DNA of 64,000 nucleotides from a virus (lineage: Duplodnaviria; Caudoviricetes). Under the pieces are notes generated by a model, which saw only the letters and a list, made by a program, of their open reading frames with translations, was not told where the DNA came from and did no database searches. Location: positions 277,435-341,434 of IMG/VR virus record IMGVR_UViG_3300005512_000001. The stretch is one strand, 5' to 3'. Both the position numbers and the translations under genes were made by a program. Below are positions 28,416-36,293 of this stretch, in pieces (the stretch's first letter is position 1; each line of letters starts with the position of its first letter).

Positions 28416-28500
28416 AGAAGGGTGTCCGAGCGGTTTATGGAGCTGAGCTTGAACCTCAGTAGGCCGAGAGGTCACGTGGGTTCGAATCCCACCCCTTCTG
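28416..28500 (+). tRNA. tRNA-Ser(TGA)
   Basis: Cloverleaf, long variable arm, loop CT-TGA-AC. Confidence 0.9.
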
Positions 28501-28608
28501 TTAAGAAATATGGTTCGCTAGGAACTGTATTAGATTTTTGAAAATTAATAGTTTTTTGCCCATTGTTCGTGCACCACGAGACGACGAGCGATCGTTGTCT
28601 CGTGGAAC

Positions 28609-28682
28609 GGAGATGTAGCTGAGACGGTTTAGCGGTTGGTTGAAGCCCAGCGACTACGCAGGTTCGATTCCTGTCATCTCCA
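28609..28682 (+). tRNA. tRNA-Phe(GAA)
   Basis: Cloverleaf, loop TT-GAA-GC. Confidence 0.85.
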
Positions 28683-28684
28683 TT

Positions 28685-28885
28685 ATGGAAAATAGAAACA
28701 TGCAATACGAACGGTGGCTAGCGGAGCTAGACCAAGAATGCAGGAAGCACACGGGATACCCATGGAATGCAATCTGCCATGATGCTAGTTTAGCCCGCGA
28801 AGCTTATTTGAAAGGTGAAACGACATCTAAGTTTATAGATGTTTTTATGGCGGAACATAAGCCATGTCTTGATTGGCACTTTTAG
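28685..28885 (+). CDS. Small hypothetical protein
   Basis: Fills gap between two tRNAs. Confidence 0.5.
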   Translation: MENRNMQYERWLAELDQECRKHTGYPWNAICHDASLAREAYLKGETTSKFIDVFMAEHKPCLDWHF

Positions 28886-28973
28886 GATGGGTGGCAGAGT
28901 GGGCGATTGCGACAGATTGCTAATCTGTTAGGCCCCGCAAAGGGTCTCGCGGGTTCGAATCCCGCCTCATCCG
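28885..28973 (+). tRNA. tRNA-Ser(GCT)
   Basis: Cloverleaf, long variable arm, loop TT-GCT-AA. Confidence 0.9.
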
Positions 28974-29017
28974 TGTAAATGGTAAATGGTCAGTGAATAA
29001 ATATAGGTATTAGCACC

Positions 29018-29485
29018 ATGGATGTTAGCACTAAAAAGCTTAAAATCAGCTGGACTGTAGCCCACGATGAGTTATTGCATGTACGCAGAATGTACAAATT
29101 TCTGAGAACTCCATATGATTTCGAAGAAGGGCTATTGTCTTGTGAAATGGTAAACGACTGTGGGCTTGCATCACTTATTGAAGTAGATGATATGTTGGTT
29201 GCAAGCGAAGATATAGCCGACCCCGACTGCGATAAAATTGTTGTCGTTGTACGGATAGATGGTTCGGTTATCGCTACTAATGGCGATCAATATTGGATCA
29301 AGCCATATTCTAAACCATTAAGATTGACAACTGAAGACCAATCGTATATTAATTCGCATATTGGAAGTCTTAGTGTGGCGAATATAAATGATTTATTCGT
29401 TGAGGACTTGATTCTAAGTATTAATAACGAATTGAAGATGGAGATTGACCGCCAGGTTGTTGCTCCCCCTTTGGGCTTGTTGTGA
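29018..29485 (+). CDS. Hypothetical protein
   Basis: 155-aa ORF. Confidence 0.6.
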   Translation: MDVSTKKLKISWTVAHDELLHVRRMYKFLRTPYDFEEGLLSCEMVNDCGLASLIEVDDMLVASEDIADPDCDKIVVVVRIDGSVIATNGDQYWIKPYSKPLRLTTEDQSYINSHIGSLSVANINDLFVEDLILSINNELKMEIDRQVVAPPLGLL

Positions 29486-29698
29486 GAAGGAATCAGATGA
29501 ATCTCTTGACTAAATATAAGTGGCTATATGGCTTCGGTTGGGCAATCAAGGTTTTTATGCTTGCTTGGGGCTTTGCTTGGATTGGTCAACTGTGTGGTCC
29601 TGGTTAGTGGCAGTTCTTGGTCTTATTGCTTATGTGCTCATATCAACCATAATTTGTGAAATATGTAATAGAATACACGACCTTAGTTAGGCCCAAGG

Positions 29699-29929
29699 AT
29701 GATTGAAACATTCGTAGAACAATATCTTAAGGGGCAAATTGGCCTATCACAGATTGATGATTTTGTCGATCAGTGGCATGATAGCGATGATGATAGGCCA
29801 ATTGAGGAATTTCTTGGTTTGACGCTGGAAGAATACGCCGCATGGGTTGAAGACCCGCAAAGCCTAGGCCGACTACTGCCAAGTCCGTCTAAAACCGAGA
29901 ATGAGATGAACCGGCATCGAAGGCAATGA
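29699..29929 (+). CDS. Hypothetical protein
   Basis: IDDFVDQWH..EFLGLTLEEYAAW; looks like a conserved small phage protein. Confidence 0.6.
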   Translation: MIETFVEQYLKGQIGLSQIDDFVDQWHDSDDDRPIEEFLGLTLEEYAAWVEDPQSLGRLLPSPSKTENEMNRHRRQ

Positions 29930-29974
29930 GTGCTGATAGTCCAGACCGGTTTTGCTAGGTCTGCAAGAACATAG

Positions 29975-30061
29975 GGAGGGTTGGCAGAGTCAGGTTTATT
30001 GCACCCGTTTCGAATACGGGAAGGCCGCAAGGTCTCGTGGGTTCGAATCCTTCACCCTCCG
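29975..30061 (+). tRNA. tRNA-Ser(CGA)
   Basis: Cloverleaf, long variable arm; T-stem mismatches. Confidence 0.8.
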
Positions 30062-30081
30062 TTTAACCTGACCACAAAAAT

Positions 30082-30155
30082 GGGAGTGTAACTCAATTTG
30101 GTAGAGTAACCGCCTTTTAAGCGGTAAGTTCTGGGTTCGAGTCCCAGCACTCCCA
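30082..30155 (+). tRNA. tRNA-Lys(TTT)
   Basis: Cloverleaf, loop CT-TTT-AA. Confidence 0.92.
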
Positions 30156-30164
30156 TTAATCCTT

Positions 30165-30206
30165 TGGAAACACAATTATGACATGTGGAAACACAATTAT
30201 GACATG
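30165..30206 (+). repeat. 21-bp perfect tandem duplication spanning a start codon
   Basis: TGGAAACACAATTATGACATG x2. Confidence 0.85.
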
Positions 30207-30603
30207 CCTCGCGATTTATATTGTTGTGTTCGTGGTTTTTGGGATATATGCATTTATACAAACTCGGAGAATTGATAATCACTTTGACAAGCAAAATGCG
30301 GAATTGTGTGAGAAAGAGTTTGAAAATCCTGTGGTTGTAGGCTTTGTGCGAATTGTTGGCGATAAGATATTACACGACGTTAGCGACCCAAGCAACAAAA
30401 ATGTTGCGATATTGGTAGATTCAGGGGCCACGCCTGCTTTTCTTTCGTGGAAATTTGCAATAAGTAAACACCGCGTTTATCGCATGTCTTTAATAGATAG
30501 TGATATGATATTGCACTATCACAAAAGAACTAAATGGCACGATAAAGTTTTCTCCCCTGTTATTAAGAATTTTGTAGAACACCAATGCTTACGCGGCATA
30601 TAA
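30178..30603 (+). CDS. Hypothetical membrane-anchored protein
   Basis: N-terminal hydrophobic helix. Confidence 0.55.
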   Translation: MTCGNTIMTCLAIYIVVFVVFGIYAFIQTRRIDNHFDKQNAELCEKEFENPVVVGFVRIVGDKILHDVSDPSNKNVAILVDSGATPAFLSWKFAISKHRVYRMSLIDSDMILHYHKRTKWHDKVFSPVIKNFVEHQCLRGI

Positions 30604-30605
30604 TA

Positions 30606-30950
30606 ATGGGATTGCATCGTTGGTCGCCTCCTTATTTTGTGCCAGGATGCGATGACCCTGATGCAGAGCAAGTGTTCATAATACTATCGGTGACTGCACC
30701 AAAAAATGTTCGTAACTTAGAATCCACTCGCGTCGTCAGATATGTTGCTACTGATGGCGATGAATTCTATGAGGCCGAACCGGTTTATTTTCCGCATGTC
30801 TATGGCGAGGTTCATTTTAAGACTTATTATAGACTAAAATATGATGTTTCGCTCTATTATCATCCGCCATTTATGGTATATGGTCGCAAGCTCGATAGTG
30901 GTGAAGTTCATTATATCAAAGAGATGGTTGCAGAATGGTTAGACCAATGA
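30606..30950 (+). CDS. Hypothetical protein
   Basis: ORF following upstream stop. Confidence 0.5.
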   Translation: MGLHRWSPPYFVPGCDDPDAEQVFIILSVTAPKNVRNLESTRVVRYVATDGDEFYEAEPVYFPHVYGEVHFKTYYRLKYDVSLYYHPPFMVYGRKLDSGEVHYIKEMVAEWLDQ

Positions 30951-30996
30951 AAGCCCACAGAAACTACAAAATAAAGAAATAATAAAAGAAGAACAA

Positions 30997-31070
30997 GCCT
31001 CGGTAGCTCAGCGGATAGCAGCATCTGTCTTCTAAACAGAAGGTCCCAAGTTCGAATCTTGGTCGAGGTA
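30997..31070 (+). tRNA. tRNA-Arg(TCT)
   Basis: Cloverleaf, loop CT-TCT-AA. Confidence 0.85.
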
Positions 31071-31202
31071 TTCGAGTGAATTCAATCATGGCAAGAATAG
31101 AGTCGCTGTGATTTGATGTGCTGCATTTGTCATAGGCCCGAACATATTAATCGCGATTTATGGGAACCACTCAAAGATATTCTAAAATTATAGGAATGTC
31201 TT

Positions 31203-32021
31203 ATGAAACCAGAAGGTCCATTACGTGTTTTAATCGAGATGCTGCTCGCAGAGGATGAGATAACGCATACATCACCAAAAGATGGTGGTTATATTGCGGT
31301 CAGAGCCGAGAATGAGTTTGACTTAGAAATTGATTATTATATGGATGCTGACACAAAGGGCCGGTGGCACGACACGGATGCTGGTAGGCCAGCGGCACCA
31401 GAGATGCAGAGCAAACTTGATACTTTGGTCGCAGCCGATCCAAACACATCGACACTTCTTAAAAGAATGAAGATGGATGCCGCCGGAATGAGTCTAGACC
31501 CAACTCATCTTCCTAACCCAGATGTTGAGGGAACCGAAGAGTGGTGGCCTACATATGCCAATAAAATTTTCGATTGGCATGAGTCGGCCAGGCTGCAAAA
31601 TCTTCCTCAACCTTTGCGAGGAATTTTTAAAGGCAAGTGGGCTGTGCTAGACATGGACCGCGATTTTGTTGTCATACTGCCACTACATAACGAAGTGAGA
31701 GGGCGATCACAATACAAAGGTGTGTATATTTTTAGGACAAATGCACACCAAAGTTTCCCACGATATGGGATTACGGAGGGTGAGAATTTTATCTCATACG
31801 TCCCGAAACTATCGGTATCTGATGACGAACTAGAAAAAGAAGGCTTGCTGTTGGTAAGAAAGACTGCCGTTAGCCTTGACCTGGGCCGGATGTTGAGGCG
31901 TGATTATCACATCGGGAATATTACCCAGAACTTGGAAGAGTTCGATAATTATGCTAAGCTTAGAGGGCATGTTGATGAAATCCCTGAATCAATCAAGCGT
32001 AGCGATATGCTCTCGGACTAA
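31203..32021 (+). CDS. Hypothetical protein
   Basis: 272 aa; preceded by TCAAAGATAT motif. Confidence 0.7.
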   Translation: MKPEGPLRVLIEMLLAEDEITHTSPKDGGYIAVRAENEFDLEIDYYMDADTKGRWHDTDAGRPAAPEMQSKLDTLVAADPNTSTLLKRMKMDAAGMSLDPTHLPNPDVEGTEEWWPTYANKIFDWHESARLQNLPQPLRGIFKGKWAVLDMDRDFVVILPLHNEVRGRSQYKGVYIFRTNAHQSFPRYGITEGENFISYVPKLSVSDDELEKEGLLLVRKTAVSLDLGRMLRRDYHIGNITQNLEEFDNYAKLRGHVDEIPESIKRSDMLSD

Positions 32022-32465
32022 TTCGAACATCCGACTACAAAAGGCAGTATTTTTGCACAACGATAAGTCAAATCTGGCATGATCTAATTTATCTCTATGC
32101 ATCGCATAAACCATACCATCATAGATGCAAGTGGTGTGTCGTTTAGTATAATAATGACCTCTTGTTGTCGTAAGTATTACTGGGACGACGATATAATTAG
32201 GATTGTCGATGCATTGTGTGGCATGAAGTAAAGTTTTCGTTGCTAGTCTGGCTGATATGCCATCGATATGTTTGAAGGCGACCAGAATTACCCTGTCGTA
32301 GACCATGCTGCGTAGTGATAGCGAGCTGTTTCGACAGCAATTTTTTAGGAGAAACTTATGACGGACTATTATGTATTGTTGTTAGGAGGTTGGACACGTA
32401 TTCCAACTCTCAGAGATGTTGCATTGCTGTTTACTCACGGCAAAACGGTCATACTTGGCCCAACC

Positions 32466-32549
32466 GTGTCGGTTGAGCAATTGGTAGCTCCCCAGGCTGT
32501 AAACCTGGTGTCCTAACGGACTATGTAGGTTCGAGTCCTACTCGACACA
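32466..32549 (+). tRNA. tRNA-Tyr(GTA)
   Basis: Cloverleaf, long variable arm. Confidence 0.9.
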
Positions 32550-32648
32550 TTCACCTACCCCTTGTGCGGAAAAATATGACCCGTAAGGGCAGATGGTCCG
32601 CAAGGATACGGCCGCTAGGGTACTGCTGCATTTGGGAGTGGGTGATTT

Positions 32649-32731
32649 GCGAGAGTGGCGGAATGGCAGACGCGCAGGTCTCAGGCACCTGTGTCCATTG
32701 GGACGTGGGAGTTCGACTCTCCCCTCTCGTA
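32649..32731 (+). tRNA. tRNA-Leu(CAG)
   Basis: Cloverleaf, long variable arm. Confidence 0.9.
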
Positions 32732-32735
32732 TTGT

Positions 32736-32807
32736 GCGTCTATAATTCAATGGTAGAATACCTGCTTGCCAAGTAGGACGTTGTGAGTTCGAGTCTCGCT
32801 AGACGCT
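32736..32807 (+). tRNA. tRNA-Gly(GCC)
   Basis: Cloverleaf, loop TT-GCC-AA. Confidence 0.9.
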
Positions 32808-32914
32808 TAATACTGAGTGATATCGTGGCACGCATATAAAAGGTTATGTAGCCTAGCATCTGTTGTGGCAGCTACAATAAGCGGGGGTCAAATATATGAC
32901 GAGAGGACCATAAC

Positions 32915-33211
32915 ATGACGATTACAATAATCAGTTTGTATTCTGGCCATAGCGCTGATCATTTTGTTGGTGCTGTATTAGGGTCGTTGACCGATGAGCA
33001 AAAGCAGGCTATTGTTAGTAAGCATTTGCAAAATATTGGGCGTGGTGAAGTCGGAGAAGATGTGGATGAGATCGGATTCGCAGAAGTAGAAGTGGGTCCT
33101 GAGATTCCGCGCGAGCTAGCGGTCTGGACGCAAGACGGTTTTGAATCTGGCGATATGTCGGGGGATGTCGAGGCTTTTGGGCCAGAAGATATAGCTGGGA
33201 ATATGGATTAG
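32915..33211 (+). CDS. Acidic hypothetical protein
   Basis: RBS GAGG; preceded by TCAAATATAT. Confidence 0.6.
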   Translation: MTITIISLYSGHSADHFVGAVLGSLTDEQKQAIVSKHLQNIGRGEVGEDVDEIGFAEVEVGPEIPRELAVWTQDGFESGDMSGDVEAFGPEDIAGNMD

Positions 33212-33362
33212 AATGGACTGGCAAAAGCGATACAAGCTGTAAACTTGATGGCAGTGTTATATTGATGCATTTGCATCTGTGGCAAGTTGGAGCAATACCA
33301 GCCATACTGAACAGCTGTAAGAGCTGGATATTCTGGGGTTGCCGTCAGAGCAACCCTTCTCT

Positions 33363-33434
33363 GGGCCGTTAGCTCAATGGTCGAGCATCGCCCCGATAAG
33401 GCGAAGGTTAGTGGTTCAAGCCCACTACGGCTCA
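33363..33434 (+). tRNA. tRNA-Ile(GAT), C33 variant
   Basis: Cloverleaf, loop CC-GAT-AA. Confidence 0.85.
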
Positions 33435-33523
33435 TTGTAACCTGAGAGGGTGTGGGGGTAGTGCGTTATGCTTGCGTTGGTTAGGTCTGGCTCTGCAGAG
33501 AGAGCGTGTATCAGGTTACAAAA

Positions 33524-33596
33524 GGCAACGTAGCTCAATTGGTAGAGTACCCGTTTCATGTGCGGGTTGTTGCAGGTTCGAATCCTGTCGTTGCTA
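33524..33596 (+). tRNA. tRNA-Met(CAT)
   Basis: Cloverleaf, atypical loop TT-CAT-GT. Confidence 0.8.
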
Positions 33597-33601
33597 GTTT
33601 C

Positions 33602-33674
33602 GCCTCCGTAGCTCAATGGTAGTAGCAGATGCCTCTTAAGCATAAGGTTGCAGGTTCAAGTCCTGCCGGGGGTA
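33602..33674 (+). tRNA. tRNA-Lys(CTT)
   Basis: Cloverleaf, loop CT-CTT-AA. Confidence 0.85.
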
Positions 33675-33754
33675 GTTGTCTTCGAACAACGAGCGTCGCA
33701 TAATGTGGCGACGATTGCGTTGTATTTAATTTTCCCCTTTGAGAAAGGTGGTGT

Positions 33755-35065
33755 GTGATGAGGACGAATGTAAAGAACAAGTACGCCGAGAAGACGCACG
33801 AGGGTGCACCTGCTGCAAGGTTGAACGCCGAACAGGAATTGCGAAGGTCTGTTATGTCGTGCCTTTTGTGGGAGAGAACCTTCTACGAGAATGGCGTGGG
33901 CATCGCAGAGCGGATCGCTGATTTAGTGCCGCACGTAGCACCAGAAAAGGTCGCTGCGATGGCAATCGAGGCACGTAGCGATATGAACTTGCGACACGCC
34001 CCGTTGTGGTTGGTCCGTTCGATGGCGGCTACCAAGACGCACAGGAGTTTGGTCGCTGATACGCTGGAAGCAGTAATTCAGCGTCCAGACGAACTGACTG
34101 AGTTCTTGTCTCTGTACTGGAATGGCAAGAAGACACCGCTTGCGGCTCAGGTCAAGAAGGGATTAGCAAGAGCATTCCGTAAGTTCGACGCTTATCGGTT
34201 GGCGAAGTACAATAGGGACAATGCCATCAAGCTTCGCGATGTCCTGTTCCTGACTCACGCCAAGCCAAAGGATGCCGAGCAGGCTGCAGTTTGGAAGAAG
34301 CTGGTCGATGGCACCTTGGAAGCCCCAGATACTTGGGAAGTTGCACTTTCGAGTGGTGCGGATAAGCAAGGTTCTTGGACCAGATTGCTTGAGGAAGGGA
34401 AGCTTGGTGCCTTTGCGTTGCTGAGGAACTTACGCAATATGCAGAAAGCAGATGTCGATGAGGACTTAATCAAAGACGCATTGGCCAAGGCTGATGTTTC
34501 CAGGATTTTGCCATTCCGATTCATCGCAGCTGCTCGTTATGCACCAGATTTTGAACCTGCTCTTGAGAAGGCGTTATTCAGGAGCTTGGAATCTCAGAAG
34601 CTTGTTGGTAAGACCATCGTATTGGTCGATGTTTCTGGTTCTATGAACTGGGAGCTTAGTTCGAAGTCCGATATGTTACGGATGGACGCGGCCTGCGGTC
34701 TTGCGATGGTATTGAGGGAATTGTGCGACGATATTAAAGTGTTCAGTTTCTCAACCCGCACTGCCAAGGTACCGGCCCGCAGAGGTTTTGCGCTACGTGA
34801 TGCAATCGTAAGGTCGCAGCGGCATAGCGGAACTTATCTTGGTGGGGCAGTTGACACCGCCAATAAAGAGAAGTACGACCGATTGGTGGTAATCACGGAT
34901 GAGCAGTCGCACGATGTTGTGCCATCGCCAAAGAGCCGTGGATACATGATTAATGTTTCGTCGGACAAAAATGGAGTTGGATACGGTGATTGGACTCGCA
35001 TTACCGGATGGAGCGAAGCGGTTGTGCGATATGTAATGGAACTTGAAAACGCCAAGTTCGTGTAG
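33755..35065 (+). CDS. rsr: Ro60/Rsr RNA-binding protein (TROVE + vWA domains)
   Basis: THEGAPA, LLWERTFYE, QRPDELTE, FDAYRLAKYNR, LRDVLFLTH, TWEVALS, ALLRNLRN, LPFRF; MIDAS DVSGSM; ITDEQ; ITGWSE. Confidence 0.95.
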   Translation: MMRTNVKNKYAEKTHEGAPAARLNAEQELRRSVMSCLLWERTFYENGVGIAERIADLVPHVAPEKVAAMAIEARSDMNLRHAPLWLVRSMAATKTHRSLVADTLEAVIQRPDELTEFLSLYWNGKKTPLAAQVKKGLARAFRKFDAYRLAKYNRDNAIKLRDVLFLTHAKPKDAEQAAVWKKLVDGTLEAPDTWEVALSSGADKQGSWTRLLEEGKLGAFALLRNLRNMQKADVDEDLIKDALAKADVSRILPFRFIAAARYAPDFEPALEKALFRSLESQKLVGKTIVLVDVSGSMNWELSSKSDMLRMDAACGLAMVLRELCDDIKVFSFSTRTAKVPARRGFALRDAIVRSQRHSGTYLGGAVDTANKEKYDRLVVITDEQSHDVVPSPKSRGYMINVSSDKNGVGYGDWTRITGWSEAVVRYVMELENAKFV

Positions 35066-35070
35066 TATTT

Positions 35071-35331
35071 GACAATTAGTAGAGGCGACCGACGCTTAAG
35101 TCGGTAGGACGTGCTGTGAGGCAGCGACAGGTAGGTACGCCTGTTACACTACCTCCGACTCCATCAACGCAGATGGTTTAGGGAGGGAGCGAAAAGACCC
35201 GTAAAGGGAGACACAGCCAGGTCTGTCAGTCAGGGATGGGTGAGTATGACACCCACACAGTACCTTATGGCTTAGACAGTAGGGAATGCGTTACCCGAGA
35301 TCCCGATAAAGCTGCCCATCTATTAGTTGTC
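35071..35331 (+). ncRNA. Unclassified ~260-nt structured RNA candidate
   Basis: 13-bp closing stem GACAATTAGTAGA/TCTATTAGTTGTC; multiple hairpins; complementary loops AACGCA/TGCGTT. Confidence 0.65.
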
Positions 35332-35349
35332 GCTAAATGGAGAGTTGTC

Positions 35350-35543
35350 ATGAACAAAGACGAGTTTCACAAAAGACAGCAGGGTTATCGCTTCTGGTTA
35401 GTATTGGGCGGTATGGCGGCTTCAATTTTGGGCTTGGAAGATATGGAGTTCGGCTTGTGCTAGGTTGGATTTCGATTTTCCTGGCCACTGTTGATTTGGA
35501 CTACGTATTGAGTTTGTCTACGAAGCAAAACGCAGAACAATGA
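35350..35543 (+). pseudogene. Frameshifted small membrane protein
   Basis: RBS + MNKDEF..ILGL continues as GRYGVRLVLGW.. in a shifted frame near 35435. Confidence 0.4.
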
Positions 35544-35547
35544 TATT

Positions 35548-35684
35548 CCAACGATGGTGTAGGTGACAGTTACTTCGATTTAGGATCGAGTGGTTGTGGG
35601 TTCGAATCCCACCCGCCCTTAATCGGGGCGGTAGCTCAATTGGCAGAGCGCTAAAACTTTCTGTTGCCGCCTGTTCCTCGTTGG
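35548..35684 (+). ncRNA. Y RNA-like unit 1: permuted tRNA with TAG anticodon loop
   Basis: CCAACGA/TCGTTGG and GGTGACAG/CTGTTGCC stems; anticodon arm, T arm, loop-closed acceptor, D arm. Confidence 0.85.
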
Positions 35685-35697
35685 TACTTTTGAGATT

Positions 35698-35764
35698 AAC
35701 CGATGGTGAAGAATACGGCTACTTCTATTTAAGAACCAAACCCGTGTTCGCTTGTTCCTCGGTT
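35698..35764 (+). ncRNA. Y RNA-like unit 2: minimal, Ro-binding stem only
   Basis: AACCGA/TCGGTT and GAATACGG/CCGTGTTC stems with conserved GGTGAAG / GCTTGTTCC loop. Confidence 0.8.
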
Positions 35765-35776
35765 TTTCATAAAGTT

Positions 35777-35863
35777 GGTTGATGGTGTAGGAATCGGTTA
35801 CTTCTACCAAAACCGGCCTCAAAAGCTGGTACTTGAAAAACCGATTTCGCATGTTCCTCAACC
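35777..35863 (+). ncRNA. Y RNA-like unit 3: lone anticodon-like hairpin (CAA)
   Basis: GGTTGA/TCAACC and GGAATCGGTT/AACCGATTTC stems; ACCGGC-CTCAAAA-GCTGGT. Confidence 0.8.
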
Positions 35864-35870
35864 TACAATC

Positions 35871-36011
35871 ATAGCTGATGGTGTAGGATACGGTTACTTC
35901 GACTTGTAATCGAGAGGTTGCGGGTTCGAATCCCGTCCATTTGTCGAGAGACATTTGGTAGCTCAACTGGTAGAGCGCTAAAATTTCCGTTTCCGCTTGT
36001 TCCTCGGCTAT
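35871..36011 (+). ncRNA. Y RNA-like unit 4: permuted tRNA with TGT anticodon loop
   Basis: ATAGCTGA/TCGGCTAT stem; TTCGA-CTTGTAA-TCGAG; T arm; GAGA-capped acceptor; D arm. Confidence 0.85.
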
Positions 36012-36018
36012 TCATTAT

Positions 36019-36162
36019 TTAGTTGATGGTGTAGAGAACAGTTACTTCTATAAAACGGTAGGTTACAGGTTTCGAGCCCTGTCCGCCTCAATGAGGCGGT
36101 AGCTCAACTGGAAGAGCAATCGTGGCATAAGCCAAGTCTGTTTTCGCCTGTTCCTCAACTAA
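36019..36162 (+). ncRNA. Y RNA-like unit 5: T/acceptor/D tRNA-like module
   Basis: TTAGTTGA/TCAACTAA and GAGAACAG/CTGTTTTC stems; CCGCCTC-AAT-GAGGCGG acceptor; D arm. Confidence 0.85.
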
Positions 36163-36169
36163 TTATTTT

Positions 36170-36291
36170 GCTGCGTTAGCTCAATAGGTAGAGTGCTGGG
36201 ACCTTTATCCCAGGTATGAGGAGTCGCAACTTCGTTGGTCCTAGGCACCGGGTGTTGTTGTTGGCTTAAGGTTCGAATCCCTCACGCAGCA
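36170..36291 (+). ncRNA. tRNA-like RNA with 8-nt anticodon loop and ~50-nt variable region
   Basis: GCTGCGT/ACGCAGC acceptor, D arm, CTGGG-ACCTTTAT-CCCAG, GGTTCGAATCC. Confidence 0.7.
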
Positions 36292-36293
36292 TT

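Noticed and set aside
35071-35331. tmRNA, RNase P or SRP identity
   Set aside because: No tRNA-Ala-like ends or tag frame, no GAGGAAAGUCC P4 motif, no CAGG-GNRA-AGCA helix
35236-35463. 75-aa ORF start at 35236
   Set aside because: Its 5' part lies in the structured RNA; the RBS supports a start at 35350
35619-35966. Minus-strand 115-aa ORF and plus-strand 35594-35782 ORF
   Set aside because: They overlap the Y RNA units; translations are typical tRNA-antisense artefacts
35548-36162. Repeat array as a CRISPR locus
   Set aside because: Conserved parts are two short motifs in covarying stems, unit lengths vary 67-144 nt, interiors are tRNA-like, and no cas genes are present
36197-36213. Ochre suppressor tRNA (TTA) and stop-codon recoding
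   Set aside because: The loop is 8 nt with ambiguous register, and long genes are intact under the standard code with all three stops used
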